Part shown: positions 1 to 9,432 of the stretch, piece after piece
How positions within the stretch are numbered: the stretch's first letter is position 1
Layout of the letters: every line of letters begins with the position of its first letter
Assembly: GCA_050699875.1 (NCBI GenBank)
Contig: JBOHFX010000091.1
Span: 1,631-65,630 of the forward strand
Source of the DNA: Pseudonocardiaceae bacterium
GTDB taxonomy: Bacteria > Actinomycetota > Actinomycetes > Mycobacteriales > Pseudonocardiaceae
Reading direction: 5' to 3'
DNA length: 64,000 nt
The notes under the pieces: model-generated
What the model was told of the DNA's origin: nothing
The model's database searches: none
The model's input: only the letters and a program-made list of their open reading frames with translations
Made by a program: the position numbers and the translations under genes

Positions 1-1578
1 GCCGAGATTTGGGCGCAGGTGTTGGGCGTGGACCGGGTCGGAGTCTATGACAACTTCTTCGAGTTGGGTGGGGACTCGATCCTGAGTATCCAACTTATTT
101 CTCGGGTCCGGAAGGCGGGGTTCATGCTCGCTTCCAGAGACATCTTTTTCCACCAGACCGTCGCAGAACTCGCGTCGGTTGTCACTGCCGCCGACGGCCA
201 GCCCACCGAGTATGAACCGGTCATCGGCCCGACTGCGCTTAATCCGATCCAACACTGGTTCTTCCAGACGCACCCGGTTAATCCGCACCATTTCAACCAG
301 TCGATGATGGTGGAGCTGGATGCGGATGTGGATTGGCAGTTGCTCGAGCGGGCGCTGGAGCTGTTGTGGGTGCATCATGACGCGCTTCGCATGCGGTTCG
401 AGCTGATCGACGGGTACTGGCGCCAAGACAACGCCCCGCCCACACCGACCAGGCTGCTGCGGGTGGTAGATCTGTCGGATGCGGCGAATGCGGACCAGAC
501 CGCGGCGATGGGCAGGGTCGCCGACGACATCCACGCCAGTTTTGACCTGCGGGAGGGCCCACTGTTGAAGGCGGCGCTGTTCACCTTCGGCGCGGAGCGG
601 ACGTGTTATCTGTTCCTGGCCGCTCATCATCTGGTGATCGACGCGGTGTCCTGGCGCATTCTGCTGGAGGACCTTGACACGAGCTACCAGCAGCTGGCGC
701 GCGGCGAAAGCGTCGAGCTGGATGCCAAGACAACGTCGTTTCAGGACTGGACCAACCGCTTGGGCGACTATGTGGCCAAGGGTGGCTTTGACCACGAGGT
801 GGACCACTGGGCACAGGCGTTGGAAACCCATCAGTTGCCGGTGGACGTGGCAGCCTGCGAGAACGGTGCGGTGTCCCGCGCGGTGTCCGTGGTGCTGAGT
901 GGTGAGGACACCGAGTCGCTGCTGCGGTCGGCACCGACGGTCTACCGCACCCGGATCAACGATGTGCTTCTCAGCGCGCTGGCTTGGGCGCTGAGCCGCT
1001 GGACTGAACACAGCCGGGTTTCGATAGATCTGGAGGGCCATGGTCGCGAAGAGATCCTCGATGGTGTCGACCTGTCGCGGACGGTGGGCTGGTTCACCAC
1101 CCTGTTCCCGGTCGCTTTGACGCTGCCGCCGGTTCCCGACGGAGCTGAGCTTCGCTGGCGGGATTTGATCAGGTCGGTGCGCCGGCAGCTGCGCGCGGTG
1201 CCTGGCAACGGCTTGGGCTATGGGGCGCTGCGCTATCTGGGTTCCCCGGCGATCCGCCAGCGCCTCGCCGTGGTTGGGTCAGGGCCGCAGATCTCGTTCA
1301 ACTATCTGGGTCAGTGGGAGACACCGCCAGGGGAGGGGGCTCAGGATTCTGGACGGGGTCTGTATCGGGTGGTGCATGGCTCCCTGGGGCAGGCGCATGA
1401 TCCGGCCGATCCGGGGCCACATCTGCTCGAGGTGGTGGGCGCTGTGCAGAACGGGAAGCTGGCCTTCTCCTGGTTCTACCGACCCTATTGCCACCATGAG
1501 GCCACCGTGCAGAGCGTCGTCGATGAGTTTGCCCAGGCTCTGCGAGCAATCGCGCGGGACTGCCGGAGTCAGCGGTGA
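1..1578 (+). CDS. Non-ribosomal peptide synthetase, 3' end (thiolation domain followed by a terminal condensation-type domain); 5' end lies outside the window
   Basis: Frame 1 is open from nt 1. 'FFELGGDSILSIQL' is the phosphopantetheine-attachment (GGDS) motif. 'AAHHLVIDAVSWRIL' is an HHxxxD condensation-domain motif. The stop overlaps the next start (GTGA at 1575-1578). Confidence 0.85.
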   Translation, partial: AEIWAQVLGVDRVGVYDNFFELGGDSILSIQLISRVRKAGFMLASRDIFFHQTVAELASVVTAADGQPTEYEPVIGPTALNPIQHWFFQTHPVNPHHFNQSMMVELDADVDWQLLERALELLWVHHDALRMRFELIDGYWRQDNAPPTPTRLLRVVDLSDAANADQTAAMGRVADDIHASFDLREGPLLKAALFTFGAERTCYLFLAAHHLVIDAVSWRILLEDLDTSYQQLARGESVELDAKTTSFQDWTNRLGDYVAKGGFDHEVDHWAQALETHQLPVDVAACENGAVSRAVSVVLSGEDTESLLRSAPTVYRTRINDVLLSALAWALSRWTEHSRVSIDLEGHGREEILDGVDLSRTVGWFTTLFPVALTLPPVPDGAELRWRDLIRSVRRQLRAVPGNGLGYGALRYLGSPAIRQRLAVVGSGPQISFNYLGQWETPPGEGAQDSGRGLYRVVHGSLGQAHDPADPGPHLLEVVGAVQNGKLAFSWFYRPYCHHEATVQSVVDEFAQALRAIARDCRSQR

Positions 1579-2849
1579 GCGTGCCGAGCGTTGCGCTGTC
1601 TCGCAACCGGAACTATCAGCTGCTGTGGGTGAGTCAGGTGTTGTCGGGCATCGGACTTAGCGCCGCGGTGCTGGCTTTTCCGCTGTTGGTGCTTGCGCTG
1701 ACTGGGTCGGCGGCGGCGTCTGGTCTCGTGCTGGGGACGATTGCCGCGGCGCAGCTTCTTGCCGGGCTGCCGGCGGGAGCGCTGGTGGACCGCTGGAATC
1801 GTAAGAAAATCATGTTGAGTTGCGAGGCGATTCAGGTTGTCGCGGCGGTGAGTCTGGTCGCGGCCTTGTGGTGGGACAAGGCCCAGGTGGCGCACCTGGT
1901 GGTGGTGGCCGCCGTGATGGGGGTCTGTGGCGCGCTGTTTCGGCCGGCAGAAGATGCGTGCCTGCCTGGGGTGGTACCGGCACAGCAGTTGTCCACGGCG
2001 GTGGCGCTGAATGCGGCCCGCGGGTCGGTAGCGCAGCTATCGGGCACTGCGGCGGGCGGGTTTCTGTTCGCGGTCGGTCGGTTTGTACCGTTCGTGGCCG
2101 ACGCGCTGGCCCACGCGGTGGCTTGCGCCTTGCTGGTATTCCTTCGGCTGCCGTCCCGGGAGGTACAGCCAACGCCGGCTCGCCACGTGGGCCGGGAGAT
2201 TATGGCCGGACTCCAGTGGGTGTGGGGGCGTCGCCACATCCGAGTCACCGCCGTATGCGCGCTCGTGCTCAACCTGTTCTTCAGCGCCTTTTTTCTCATT
2301 GTCATCGTGCTTGCCGCGGGCCGGGGAGTGCCTTCGGGGCAGATCGGCATCATGGCGGCGATGCTCGGGGTGGGGGGGCTGCTGGGCGCGCTGGTCGCGG
2401 CACGTCTGTCCCAGTTAATTAGCCCCTACGCTTCGATTATCGCGGTGTTTTGGGGGATGGCGGTGTTCACCCCGGTGGCGGCATTCGTGCACAGTGGCTA
2501 TGCCCTGGGAGCATTGTTTGCGGTGATGGCGTTGCTGCCCGCGACGGCGAACACGACGATCATCACGGGACAGCTGTTGCTCACGCCTGATGAGCTGCGC
2601 GGCCGGCAGAGCAGCGTGCTGGGCATCCTCACCGGGCTGGCCGCGGCACTGGGGCCGGTGCTGGGTGGGTTGCTGGCCACGGCGGTGTCCGGCCCGGTTG
2701 CGGTGCTGGTGTGCGCGGGTGGCATCGCGGCTGCTGCGGTGGTGGCGACGATCAGCCCGAGCCTGCGTGGTTTTCCCCGGCACCCCGCGGTTACCCAACC
2801 CCCACAGGCCATTTCCGAGCTGCAAACCGACCAACACCGCAGTAGCTAG
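1575..2849 (+). CDS. MFS transporter (EntS/siderophore-exporter-like), about 12 predicted TM segments
   Basis: 424-aa hydrophobic ORF translationally coupled to the NRPS stop. The N-terminus 'NRNYQLLWVSQVLSGIGLSAAVLAFPLLVL' is typical of this MFS subgroup. Confidence 0.8.
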   Translation: MSVPSVALSRNRNYQLLWVSQVLSGIGLSAAVLAFPLLVLALTGSAAASGLVLGTIAAAQLLAGLPAGALVDRWNRKKIMLSCEAIQVVAAVSLVAALWWDKAQVAHLVVVAAVMGVCGALFRPAEDACLPGVVPAQQLSTAVALNAARGSVAQLSGTAAGGFLFAVGRFVPFVADALAHAVACALLVFLRLPSREVQPTPARHVGREIMAGLQWVWGRRHIRVTAVCALVLNLFFSAFFLIVIVLAAGRGVPSGQIGIMAAMLGVGGLLGALVAARLSQLISPYASIIAVFWGMAVFTPVAAFVHSGYALGALFAVMALLPATANTTIITGQLLLTPDELRGRQSSVLGILTGLAAALGPVLGGLLATAVSGPVAVLVCAGGIAAAAVVATISPSLRGFPRHPAVTQPPQAISELQTDQHRSS

Positions 2850-2891
2850 CGCCACATCATGGGAACCCCCTGAGGAAAGGAGATCAGCAAC

Positions 2892-3095
2892 ATGGATGAT
2901 GACGCGAGGTATGAGGTGCTGCGCAACGACGAGGATCAGTACTCGCTGTGGCTGGTCGGGCTGGACGTGCCGGCGGGCTGGTATCGGGTTGGCAAGGAGG
3001 GCAGCAAGGAGGAGTGCTCGGCCTATGTCGATGAGGTGTGGACCGACATGCGGCCGCGTAGCTTGCGTGAGCAGATGGACGGTGCCCAGTCCTGA
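2892..3095 (+). CDS. MbtH-like NRPS accessory protein
   Basis: 67 aa with the signature 'NDEDQYSLW...PAGW' and the third conserved Trp in 'EVWTDMRP'. Confidence 0.9.
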   Translation: MDDDARYEVLRNDEDQYSLWLVGLDVPAGWYRVGKEGSKEECSAYVDEVWTDMRPRSLREQMDGAQS

Positions 3096-3107
3096 GCACG
3101 GGAACTG

Positions 3108-3857
3108 GTGATGGCGCAGCAGGTGGCTCGGTCGGGCTGGGTACAGGTCAGCCGTCGGCGGCCGGGGGCGCGGTTGCGGCTGATCTGCCTGCCGCCGGCC
3201 GGTGGCGGCGCGAGTACCTACCGGGACTGGCCGGGGCAGCTGCCTGATGAGGTAGAGGTCGTGTCGGCGCAGCTGCCCGGCCGGGAAAGCCGCTTTACCG
3301 AGTCCCCGATCGCGTCGATGGAGCAGCTGGCCGGCCCGCTGCTAGCGGGGCTGGACGACTATCTGGAGCGCCCGTTTGCGTTGTTCGGCCACAGCATGGG
3401 CGCGCTGATCGCCTTTGAGCTGGCCCGCCGGCTGCGCCTTGGGGGTGTGCAGCCGGTGCATCTGTTCGCCTCGGGATGCCGAGCGCCCCACCTGCCCAGT
3501 CGGTCGCACTGGCATACTCTGCCCGATGGCCAGTTCCTCACAGCCCTTCAGGAATTGGGCGGGATCCCACCAGAGCTGCTGGCAGAACCGGAATTCCTGG
3601 CCGCCATGCTGCCCACGCTACGCAGCGACTGCACCCTGTCGGAGACTTACCAGTCCAGCGCCCGGGCCCTGCTGAGCTGCCCGGTGTCCGCCTTCGGCGG
3701 TCTGCGCGACAAGGACGTGCCACCCGAAGACGTGCAGGCCTGGTCGCACCACACCACCGGCCCCTTCCAGATACACCTGCTACCGGGAGACCACTTCTTC
3801 CTCCACTCAGCGCGTCCAGAACTGCTCCAGCTAGTCGTATCCAAGCTCCAGCATTAG
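3108..3857 (+). CDS. Type II thioesterase (NRPS/PKS editing)
   Basis: 249 aa; 'LFGHSMGALIAFE' nucleophile elbow (GHSMG); C-terminal 'LPGDHFF' carries the catalytic His; NRPS context. Confidence 0.85.
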   Translation: MMAQQVARSGWVQVSRRRPGARLRLICLPPAGGGASTYRDWPGQLPDEVEVVSAQLPGRESRFTESPIASMEQLAGPLLAGLDDYLERPFALFGHSMGALIAFELARRLRLGGVQPVHLFASGCRAPHLPSRSHWHTLPDGQFLTALQELGGIPPELLAEPEFLAAMLPTLRSDCTLSETYQSSARALLSCPVSAFGGLRDKDVPPEDVQAWSHHTTGPFQIHLLPGDHFFLHSARPELLQLVVSKLQH

Positions 3858-6800
3858 TGCCCGATTACTCTCCGCGGTGCGGTCTCCGGCAGCGGGCTCG
3901 GCCGGACGTCGATCTCCGCCATCCGGCGGACGTAGTTCTCGTAGTGCCGGCGTGCCTCGCCGAGGCGGCCTGCGTCTAGCAGCACTCCAACGAGGGTGCG
4001 ATAGGCATCCTCGTCGTAGCGATCATGTTCGAGAAGGCGCAGCGTGTACCGCACGACCGCGTCAGTATCCCCGGCGTCACGTAGCCGTGCGGACAAAGAC
4101 CGGAGTAGCGCGATGTGGGTGGCACGGACCTGTTCGGCCAGCGCAGTGCCCCACTCTTGGTAGGGGTCGTCTTCGAGGAAATCCCCAGTGTGAGCGGTGA
4201 TGGCCAGCTTGAGTCGCGTGGTGGCACTCGGCTCGTCGGCACGGTCGGCGTCGAGGGCGGCTGTGGCTCGGGCGAGAAAGTCGTCGACGTCGACGCTGAC
4301 CTGAGCCGGGTTCAATGACACCATGCCGTCGGTTGTGGCCAACGGAGCCTCACCCACGGGTTGGGGCTGCAGCACATCGCGGACCGTGGAGAGCAGCACG
4401 GACAGCCTGTTGCCAGCCAAGGCCGGGTCCACTCCCGGCCACAACAGCTCCATCAACTGATCACGCGAGGTCGGCCGGCGTCGCGCGGTCAGGATCTTCA
4501 GAAGATCCCGAGCTTTCTTCGACTGCCATGCCGTATTAGGGATGGGGATCCCGTCTCGGAGGACCCGGAATATGCCCAGTGTCTGGATGGACACCGTGGG
4601 CGAGGAACGGACCAGAGCGCCCAGCGGTCCGGCCACCCGCCGTGACTCGACGTCGACTCCGTGGTCTCGAAGCTTCCGGTCGGCGAGGTCAGCGTGGATT
4701 TCGGCAATGGGCGCGCCGATACGACCGGCCACGACTCTGGTTGCGGCTTCCTCGAGGGGGCAACCCGTCTCCTGCCAGATGTCAATCGCGTCCCGCAGCG
4801 CGTTGGCGTCCACAGCGGGATTGCTGGAGGCCAGCACGCTGAGAGTGATGGCTTCGGCCAGTCCTGGGTTGTCCCGCCGCTGCCGCGCGGTTGCGGCAGC
4901 ACGGTCAGCATCCGCCGCGGCGCCCTGCCGGTCATTGCTCATCAACTTCACCCAGCCACGGGTCAGCAATGCCTGGACCTCGCGAAGTCTTTCACCCAAC
5001 TCCACGGCCCGGTCCGCAAGCTCACGAGCCCGCTTCGGGTCTGTTGCCACACTGATGCGGGCGAGACCCATCAGCGCCGAGCTGATGCCGAAGACGTCGT
5101 GGCACGGTTGTGCGAGGGCCAGAGCTTCTTCGTACGCCGCTTGGGCTCGAACCAGCTGGCCCCTGGTCCGGTACAGGTCGCCGAGGCCGCACACAGGCCA
5201 GGCCAGGAATCGGGAACTGACCCGCTGGAAGAGGTCGGTAGCTGTCATGAAGTCGGCGGCCGCCGCATCTAGCATCCCGAGGCGCGCGCGGGCGCGTCCG
5301 CGCGTGGTTAGCGCATACGCGAGGAAAAACGGGTTCTCGCATTGCTCGCTAAGGCTCAACGCGATCTGGGAGTCGGCCAGCGCACGGCGGGGCGCGCCAG
5401 CTTCGAGCTGATGGAATGCCTGCCAAGCCCGGGTCCACGTCACCTGCAGCAGGTCCTCGCACGCCTCGGCATTGTGCTGGGCATCGGTGCAGTGGGCATC
5501 GTGTTGCAGCCAGTCGCCTTCGGCGGCGGTGAGCAACGCGAAGACCTGGTAGACCCCGGACCAGGCGCGTGGCTCGCCGCACCGTCGGGCTGCGGCACGG
5601 GCGCGGTCAGCGGTTCTCCGCAGACCCACAAGGTCGCCAGTCATCCGGTATGCGCTCGCCGACAATGTCAGCACCCGGATCTCATCCAGGGTGTTCTCGC
5701 GGTCTAACCGGGTTCGTCCCGCCAGCGCCTGGACTTCGGTGAACTCGCCCTGGGCGAACGCAATCAAGCCGATCCGCCAGCCCAGCGCGGGTTCCAGCAC
5801 GTTTTGGTTACCGCCGGCACGCTGGAAGTGCTGCAGCGCCTGCGTCCATCGGCCTCGTACCTGCTGCGCCTGCCCCAGAACTCGTTGGATCCGCGGGTCG
5901 TCGAGGTACTCGGCCGGCAGTCCGGAGGCCTCCAACACCGCGGCGACTTGGCCGCGTTCCACCATCGCACTGCCATGATCGAGCAGGAGCTCGACGCACC
6001 CGGCATGATCGCTTCCTGCGAGGAGGTGTCGCAGGGCTTCAGCCTGTGCTCCCCGCTCGGCACACACTCTGGCTGCGCTGACGTGCAGCGCCGTTCGCTC
6101 ATTTGCAGACGGCGATCCCTCGTGCCTGAAGAAGTCCCTCAACGGACGGACAAGCGACCAGCCGCCGTCCCGTCCGGTGCGCCGCACTAGTCCCTGGTGG
6201 CTTAACTCGGCAAGCGCGATCGTCGGAACATCGAGGCCACGCGCGATCTCCGTGGTGAATCTGGTTTCACCGAAGATCGCCAACTTTCGCAGCAGTTGCT
6301 GAACCCTTTCATGCGCTGCGCTAACAACCTCCTCAGCCAGGTAGCCATGGAATCGCTGTCCCGGGTCCACCAGTTGCCTCAAAGTCGCCAGGCGCTGGTT
6401 CGGCTCGACCGCCCGCAACATCTCCACAGCACAGTGCACGGCGGTGGGCCAACCGGCAGTGTGCTCCCAGACTTGCCTGGGTAGGCCGGGTGGATCTCTT
6501 CCCAGGGTTTTGCGCACGAGAGCATCGACATCGGCGACGTCCAAGGCGAGGTCTGGCGCGTGGATCTCCGCAACCAGACCGCGACCCCGCAGTCGCTGCA
6601 GGGAAAATGGGAGCTCGCATCGTGATATCAGAAGTAGATGCAGCCGCTCAGGTGCTTGCCGGCACAAGGACTCGACTACGCCGGCGGCAGCGCTGTCCGG
6701 CAGCAGCGCATGCAGGTCGTCCAGGACGAGAATGAGATCATCGCTCAGGACGCTGTGCAGCCAGGCGCAGATGGCCGCTACTGATGCCTCCAGATCGTCT

Positions 6801-7150
6801 GCGCCCACCGCCGCAGTACGCTGGATCGGCACCGACGCGTGCGGCCGCAATGCCGTCAACAGACCGGCGAGCAGGCGGTCGGCATCCGACTCGTGATCCT
6901 CGTACCCTAGCCACGCAGTGGGACGGCTGCGTGACCAGGCCGCCACCGCGGTTGTCTTCCCCCACCCGGCCGCGCCGATCACCACACAGATCCGGCGCTT
7001 CGCAGCGCGGTCCAACAACTCGCCAACTGACGGGCGGTCGATGAGCTCATCGGCCGGCGCGGATGGGGTTTTGGCAGTCCATGTTGGGTTGGTGGCCTCG
7101 GCCGGGCCGGTACATTCCACCCAAACCGTGCGCCCCCTCTTGCCCACCAC
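3854..7150 (-). CDS. Large STAND-type regulator: N-terminal P-loop NTPase, central TPR-like region, C-terminal SARP winged-helix plus BTAD domain
   Basis: Walker A 'VVIGAAGWGKTT' and Walker B 'LILVLDDLH' lie near the N-terminus. The C-terminal part has 'LGIFRVLRDGIPIP...KKARDLLKILTARRRPTSRDQLMELLWP' (OmpR/SARP wHTH). This is followed by 'DPYQEWGTALAEQVRATHIALL...DEDAYRTLVGVLLDAGRLGEARRHYENY' (BTAD). GTG start at 7150. Confidence 0.8.
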   Translation of the reverse strand: MVGKRGRTVWVECTGPAEATNPTWTAKTPSAPADELIDRPSVGELLDRAAKRRICVVIGAAGWGKTTAVAAWSRSRPTAWLGYEDHESDADRLLAGLLTALRPHASVPIQRTAAVGADDLEASVAAICAWLHSVLSDDLILVLDDLHALLPDSAAAGVVESLCRQAPERLHLLLISRCELPFSLQRLRGRGLVAEIHAPDLALDVADVDALVRKTLGRDPPGLPRQVWEHTAGWPTAVHCAVEMLRAVEPNQRLATLRQLVDPGQRFHGYLAEEVVSAAHERVQQLLRKLAIFGETRFTTEIARGLDVPTIALAELSHQGLVRRTGRDGGWSLVRPLRDFFRHEGSPSANERTALHVSAARVCAERGAQAEALRHLLAGSDHAGCVELLLDHGSAMVERGQVAAVLEASGLPAEYLDDPRIQRVLGQAQQVRGRWTQALQHFQRAGGNQNVLEPALGWRIGLIAFAQGEFTEVQALAGRTRLDRENTLDEIRVLTLSASAYRMTGDLVGLRRTADRARAAARRCGEPRAWSGVYQVFALLTAAEGDWLQHDAHCTDAQHNAEACEDLLQVTWTRAWQAFHQLEAGAPRRALADSQIALSLSEQCENPFFLAYALTTRGRARARLGMLDAAAADFMTATDLFQRVSSRFLAWPVCGLGDLYRTRGQLVRAQAAYEEALALAQPCHDVFGISSALMGLARISVATDPKRARELADRAVELGERLREVQALLTRGWVKLMSNDRQGAAADADRAAATARQRRDNPGLAEAITLSVLASSNPAVDANALRDAIDIWQETGCPLEEAATRVVAGRIGAPIAEIHADLADRKLRDHGVDVESRRVAGPLGALVRSSPTVSIQTLGIFRVLRDGIPIPNTAWQSKKARDLLKILTARRRPTSRDQLMELLWPGVDPALAGNRLSVLLSTVRDVLQPQPVGEAPLATTDGMVSLNPAQVSVDVDDFLARATAALDADRADEPSATTRLKLAITAHTGDFLEDDPYQEWGTALAEQVRATHIALLRSLSARLRDAGDTDAVVRYTLRLLEHDRYDEDAYRTLVGVLLDAGRLGEARRHYENYVRRMAEIDVRPSPLPETAPRRVIGH

Positions 7151-7273
7151 CGGCTAACAGTACCGCGGTCGCAATCTTTGTTGAATGCAAATTCTTATGC
7201 AGTTGCAAATACTCACCGCGATCAATTGATCACTCCGGGTTGCATTCATTTGCCACAATTCATTACCGAATAA
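7151..7273. promoter_or_regulatory. AT-rich spacer upstream of the STAND-SARP regulator gene with direct and inverted TGCAAAT-type repeats
   Basis: Clearly lower GC than its flanks. 'TGCAAAT' occurs at 7186-7192 and 7204-7210. The inverted pair TTGAATGCAA (7181-7190) / TTGCATTCAT (7240-7249) matches 9/10. ATCAATTGAT at 7221-7230 is a perfect 10-bp palindrome. Confidence 0.35.
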
Positions 7274-8185
7274 CTAGGTTTGCACCAACTCGGTGGGCAC
7301 CGTGATCACGTCTACCATCGCGCCGTTTCGTAGCACGGTGACCGGCAGCTTCGTACCGATGGCGTCAGAGAACAGCTGTCGCTGGATACCCTGGGCGTCG
7401 GTGACGGCTTTGCGTCCTGCGCTGAGCACGAGATCCCCGGCGTGCAGTCCGGCCCGGTCGGCGGGGCTGCCCGGGACGACCTCGACCAGCCGCAGCCCGG
7501 AGGCCTGCCCGGTCCGTTGTGCGACCGGTGCGGGCAACGGTGCAGGTGTTCCGACCAGGCCGAGGTAGCCGCGGCGCACCCGGCCGTCGGCGAGCAGCGC
7601 GCCGATGATCCGGCGGGTCGTGGCGTTGACCGGCACTGCCATTCCGAGCCCGACACCGGCGACGGCGGTGTTGATTCCGATCACCTTGGCGCCTGCGTCG
7701 GCCAACGCGCCGCCGGAGTTGCCGGGGTTGAGCGCGGCGTCGGTCTGGATCACGTCCTCGATCACCCGGGCGGCCCGTCCCGCGCGCACCGGTAACGAGC
7801 GACCCAGCGCGCTGACCACTCCGGCGGTCACCGATCCGGCGAGTCCAAGAGGATTGCCGACGGCGACTACGAGTTGCCCGACCACCAGGTCGTCGGCATC
7901 ACCAAGGATGGCCGCGGGTGGGGTGGCGCTTCTGGCCCGGAGCACCGCGAGGTCGGACAGCGGGTCGCGGCCCACCACGTCGAAGCGGCTCTCGGTGCCG
8001 TCAGTAAACGCCGCGACGCCCTCGCGGATGGAGCCGACGACATGCGCGTTGGTCAACATCAGCCCGTCGTCGGCGAAGACGACGGCTGACCCTGCGCCGG
8101 CCCCGATTCTGAGGCTTGCCACATGCGGGGTGACCGCCGCAGCCACCGAGCTGACCGTCCGCGAGTACGAGTCCAAAGGATCCAC
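7274..8185 (-). CDS. Trypsin-like serine protease (S1C/HtrA-like) with C-terminal PDZ domain
   Basis: 'LTNAHVV' (His), 'DLAVLR' (Asp) and 'GNSGGAL' (Ser) form the catalytic triad. The C-terminal 'GLRLVEVVPGSPADRAGLHAGDLVLS' is PDZ-like. No obvious signal peptide or TM segment. Confidence 0.8.
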   Translation of the reverse strand: MDPLDSYSRTVSSVAAAVTPHVASLRIGAGAGSAVVFADDGLMLTNAHVVGSIREGVAAFTDGTESRFDVVGRDPLSDLAVLRARSATPPAAILGDADDLVVGQLVVAVGNPLGLAGSVTAGVVSALGRSLPVRAGRAARVIEDVIQTDAALNPGNSGGALADAGAKVIGINTAVAGVGLGMAVPVNATTRRIIGALLADGRVRRGYLGLVGTPAPLPAPVAQRTGQASGLRLVEVVPGSPADRAGLHAGDLVLSAGRKAVTDAQGIQRQLFSDAIGTKLPVTVLRNGAMVDVITVPTELVQT

Positions 8186-8337
8186 GCCCGATCACGACTC
8201 CCGGCTCAGCCAATTACACCATTACTACTCCAATGAACGCCGCTCTCACGGCCGGTGTTCCAGCTGTGCCGTCGCCCAGCCATTCGGAGCGCAATGGCGG
8301 TCTGCGTTTCGCCGGGGCGCCGTTCGGAGTCGATTAG

Positions 8338-8961
8338 CTACGCGGATGGTCTACTACCGTCCGATGGCTGATCCGAGTGCGGGTGCGACGGGTGCGAAGC
8401 CCTCGGGCGGACCGCGGCGGGGTCCCAGGCCAGTCCGGGCACGCCCCAACCCTGTGCTTTGAGCATCTTCTTCGCCTCACGGGCGTGCCGGCCGACCAGC
8501 CGGTTGAGGTACAGAATCCCGTCGAGGTGATCGGTCTCGTGCTGCAGGCACCGGGCCAGCAGGCCGGTGCCCGCCACGGTCACCGGTGTGCCGTCGGCAT
8601 CAACCCCGGTTACCTGCGCCCAAGTGGCCCGCCCGGTGGGAAAGGACTCACCGGGTACCGACAGGCAACCTTCCCAGTCATCGTCGGGATCGGGCATGGT
8701 CTCCGGCCGTTCGCTGGTCTCCAGCACCGGGTTGACGACCACACCCCGTTGCCGCCCGTCCTGCTCATCGGTGCAGTCGTAGACGAACAGACGTAGGTCC
8801 ACGCCGATCTGGTTGGCGGCGAGCCCGACGCCCTGCGCCGCCGCCATCGTGTCGAACATGTCGTCGACCAGCGCATGCAGCTCCCCGCCGAACTCTGTGA
8901 CAAGCCTGGTCGGAGTGTGCAGCACCGGATCACCGACGACGCGGATCGGACGCACAGCCAT
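8338..8961 (-). CDS. def: Peptide deformylase
   Basis: '[10 protein letters not shown]', 'EGCLSVPG' and 'HETDHLDG' are the three PDF motifs. Start taken at '[14 protein letters not shown]'. The longer 529-aa ORF is an upstream read-through. Confidence 0.9.
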   Translation of the reverse strand: MAVRPIRVVGDPVLHTPTRLVTEFGGELHALVDDMFDTMAAAQGVGLAANQIGVDLRLFVYDCTDEQDGRQRGVVVNPVLETSERPETMPDPDDDWEGCLSVPGESFPTGRATWAQVTGVDADGTPVTVAGTGLLARCLQHETDHLDGILYLNRLVGRHAREAKKMLKAQGWGVPGLAWDPAAVRPRASHPSHPHSDQPSDGSRPSA

Positions 8962-9090
8962 GATGAGGCACAGTAATCGTTCGCCTGCGCCACCTCGTGT
9001 GGTGGGGAGGTGACCACGGGGCGCCGCCGGTCCTTCTGTGGCAGCGCATGGTTCAATGCCAACGGAATCACACACCTGTGATTCTCCCGA

Positions 9091-9429
9091 GTGCAGGATT
9101 CGTACGGGTGGGATCGTGGACCAAGGAGCGCCATGGACGCCGCAGCGGGGCTGCACCCGATCGACGACCAGTCCGAGGGTTTGAGCTGCCAAGAGCGCGA
9201 GATCTTGGCCTTCGAGCGGCAGTGGTGGAAATACGCCGGCGCCAAGGAGCAGGCTGTCCGCGAGCGGTTCGATATGCCCGCCACTCGCTACTACCAGGCC
9301 CTCAACAGCTTGATCGACCGGCCGGAGGCGCTCACCTGCGACCCGATGCTCGTCAAGCGGTTGCGCAGGCTGCGGTCCGGGCGCCAGCGAGCACGGGTCG
9401 CTCGCCGGCTCGGTGCCGACTCGAAGTAA
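9091..9429 (+). CDS. DUF3263-family protein (Rv0430-like)
   Basis: '[46 protein letters not shown]'. Syntenic position between def and the LytR_C gene. The start could be the internal Met at 9133. Confidence 0.7.
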   Translation: MQDSYGWDRGPRSAMDAAAGLHPIDDQSEGLSCQEREILAFERQWWKYAGAKEQAVRERFDMPATRYYQALNSLIDRPEALTCDPMLVKRLRRLRSGRQRARVARRLGADSK

Positions 9430-9432
9430 GTC

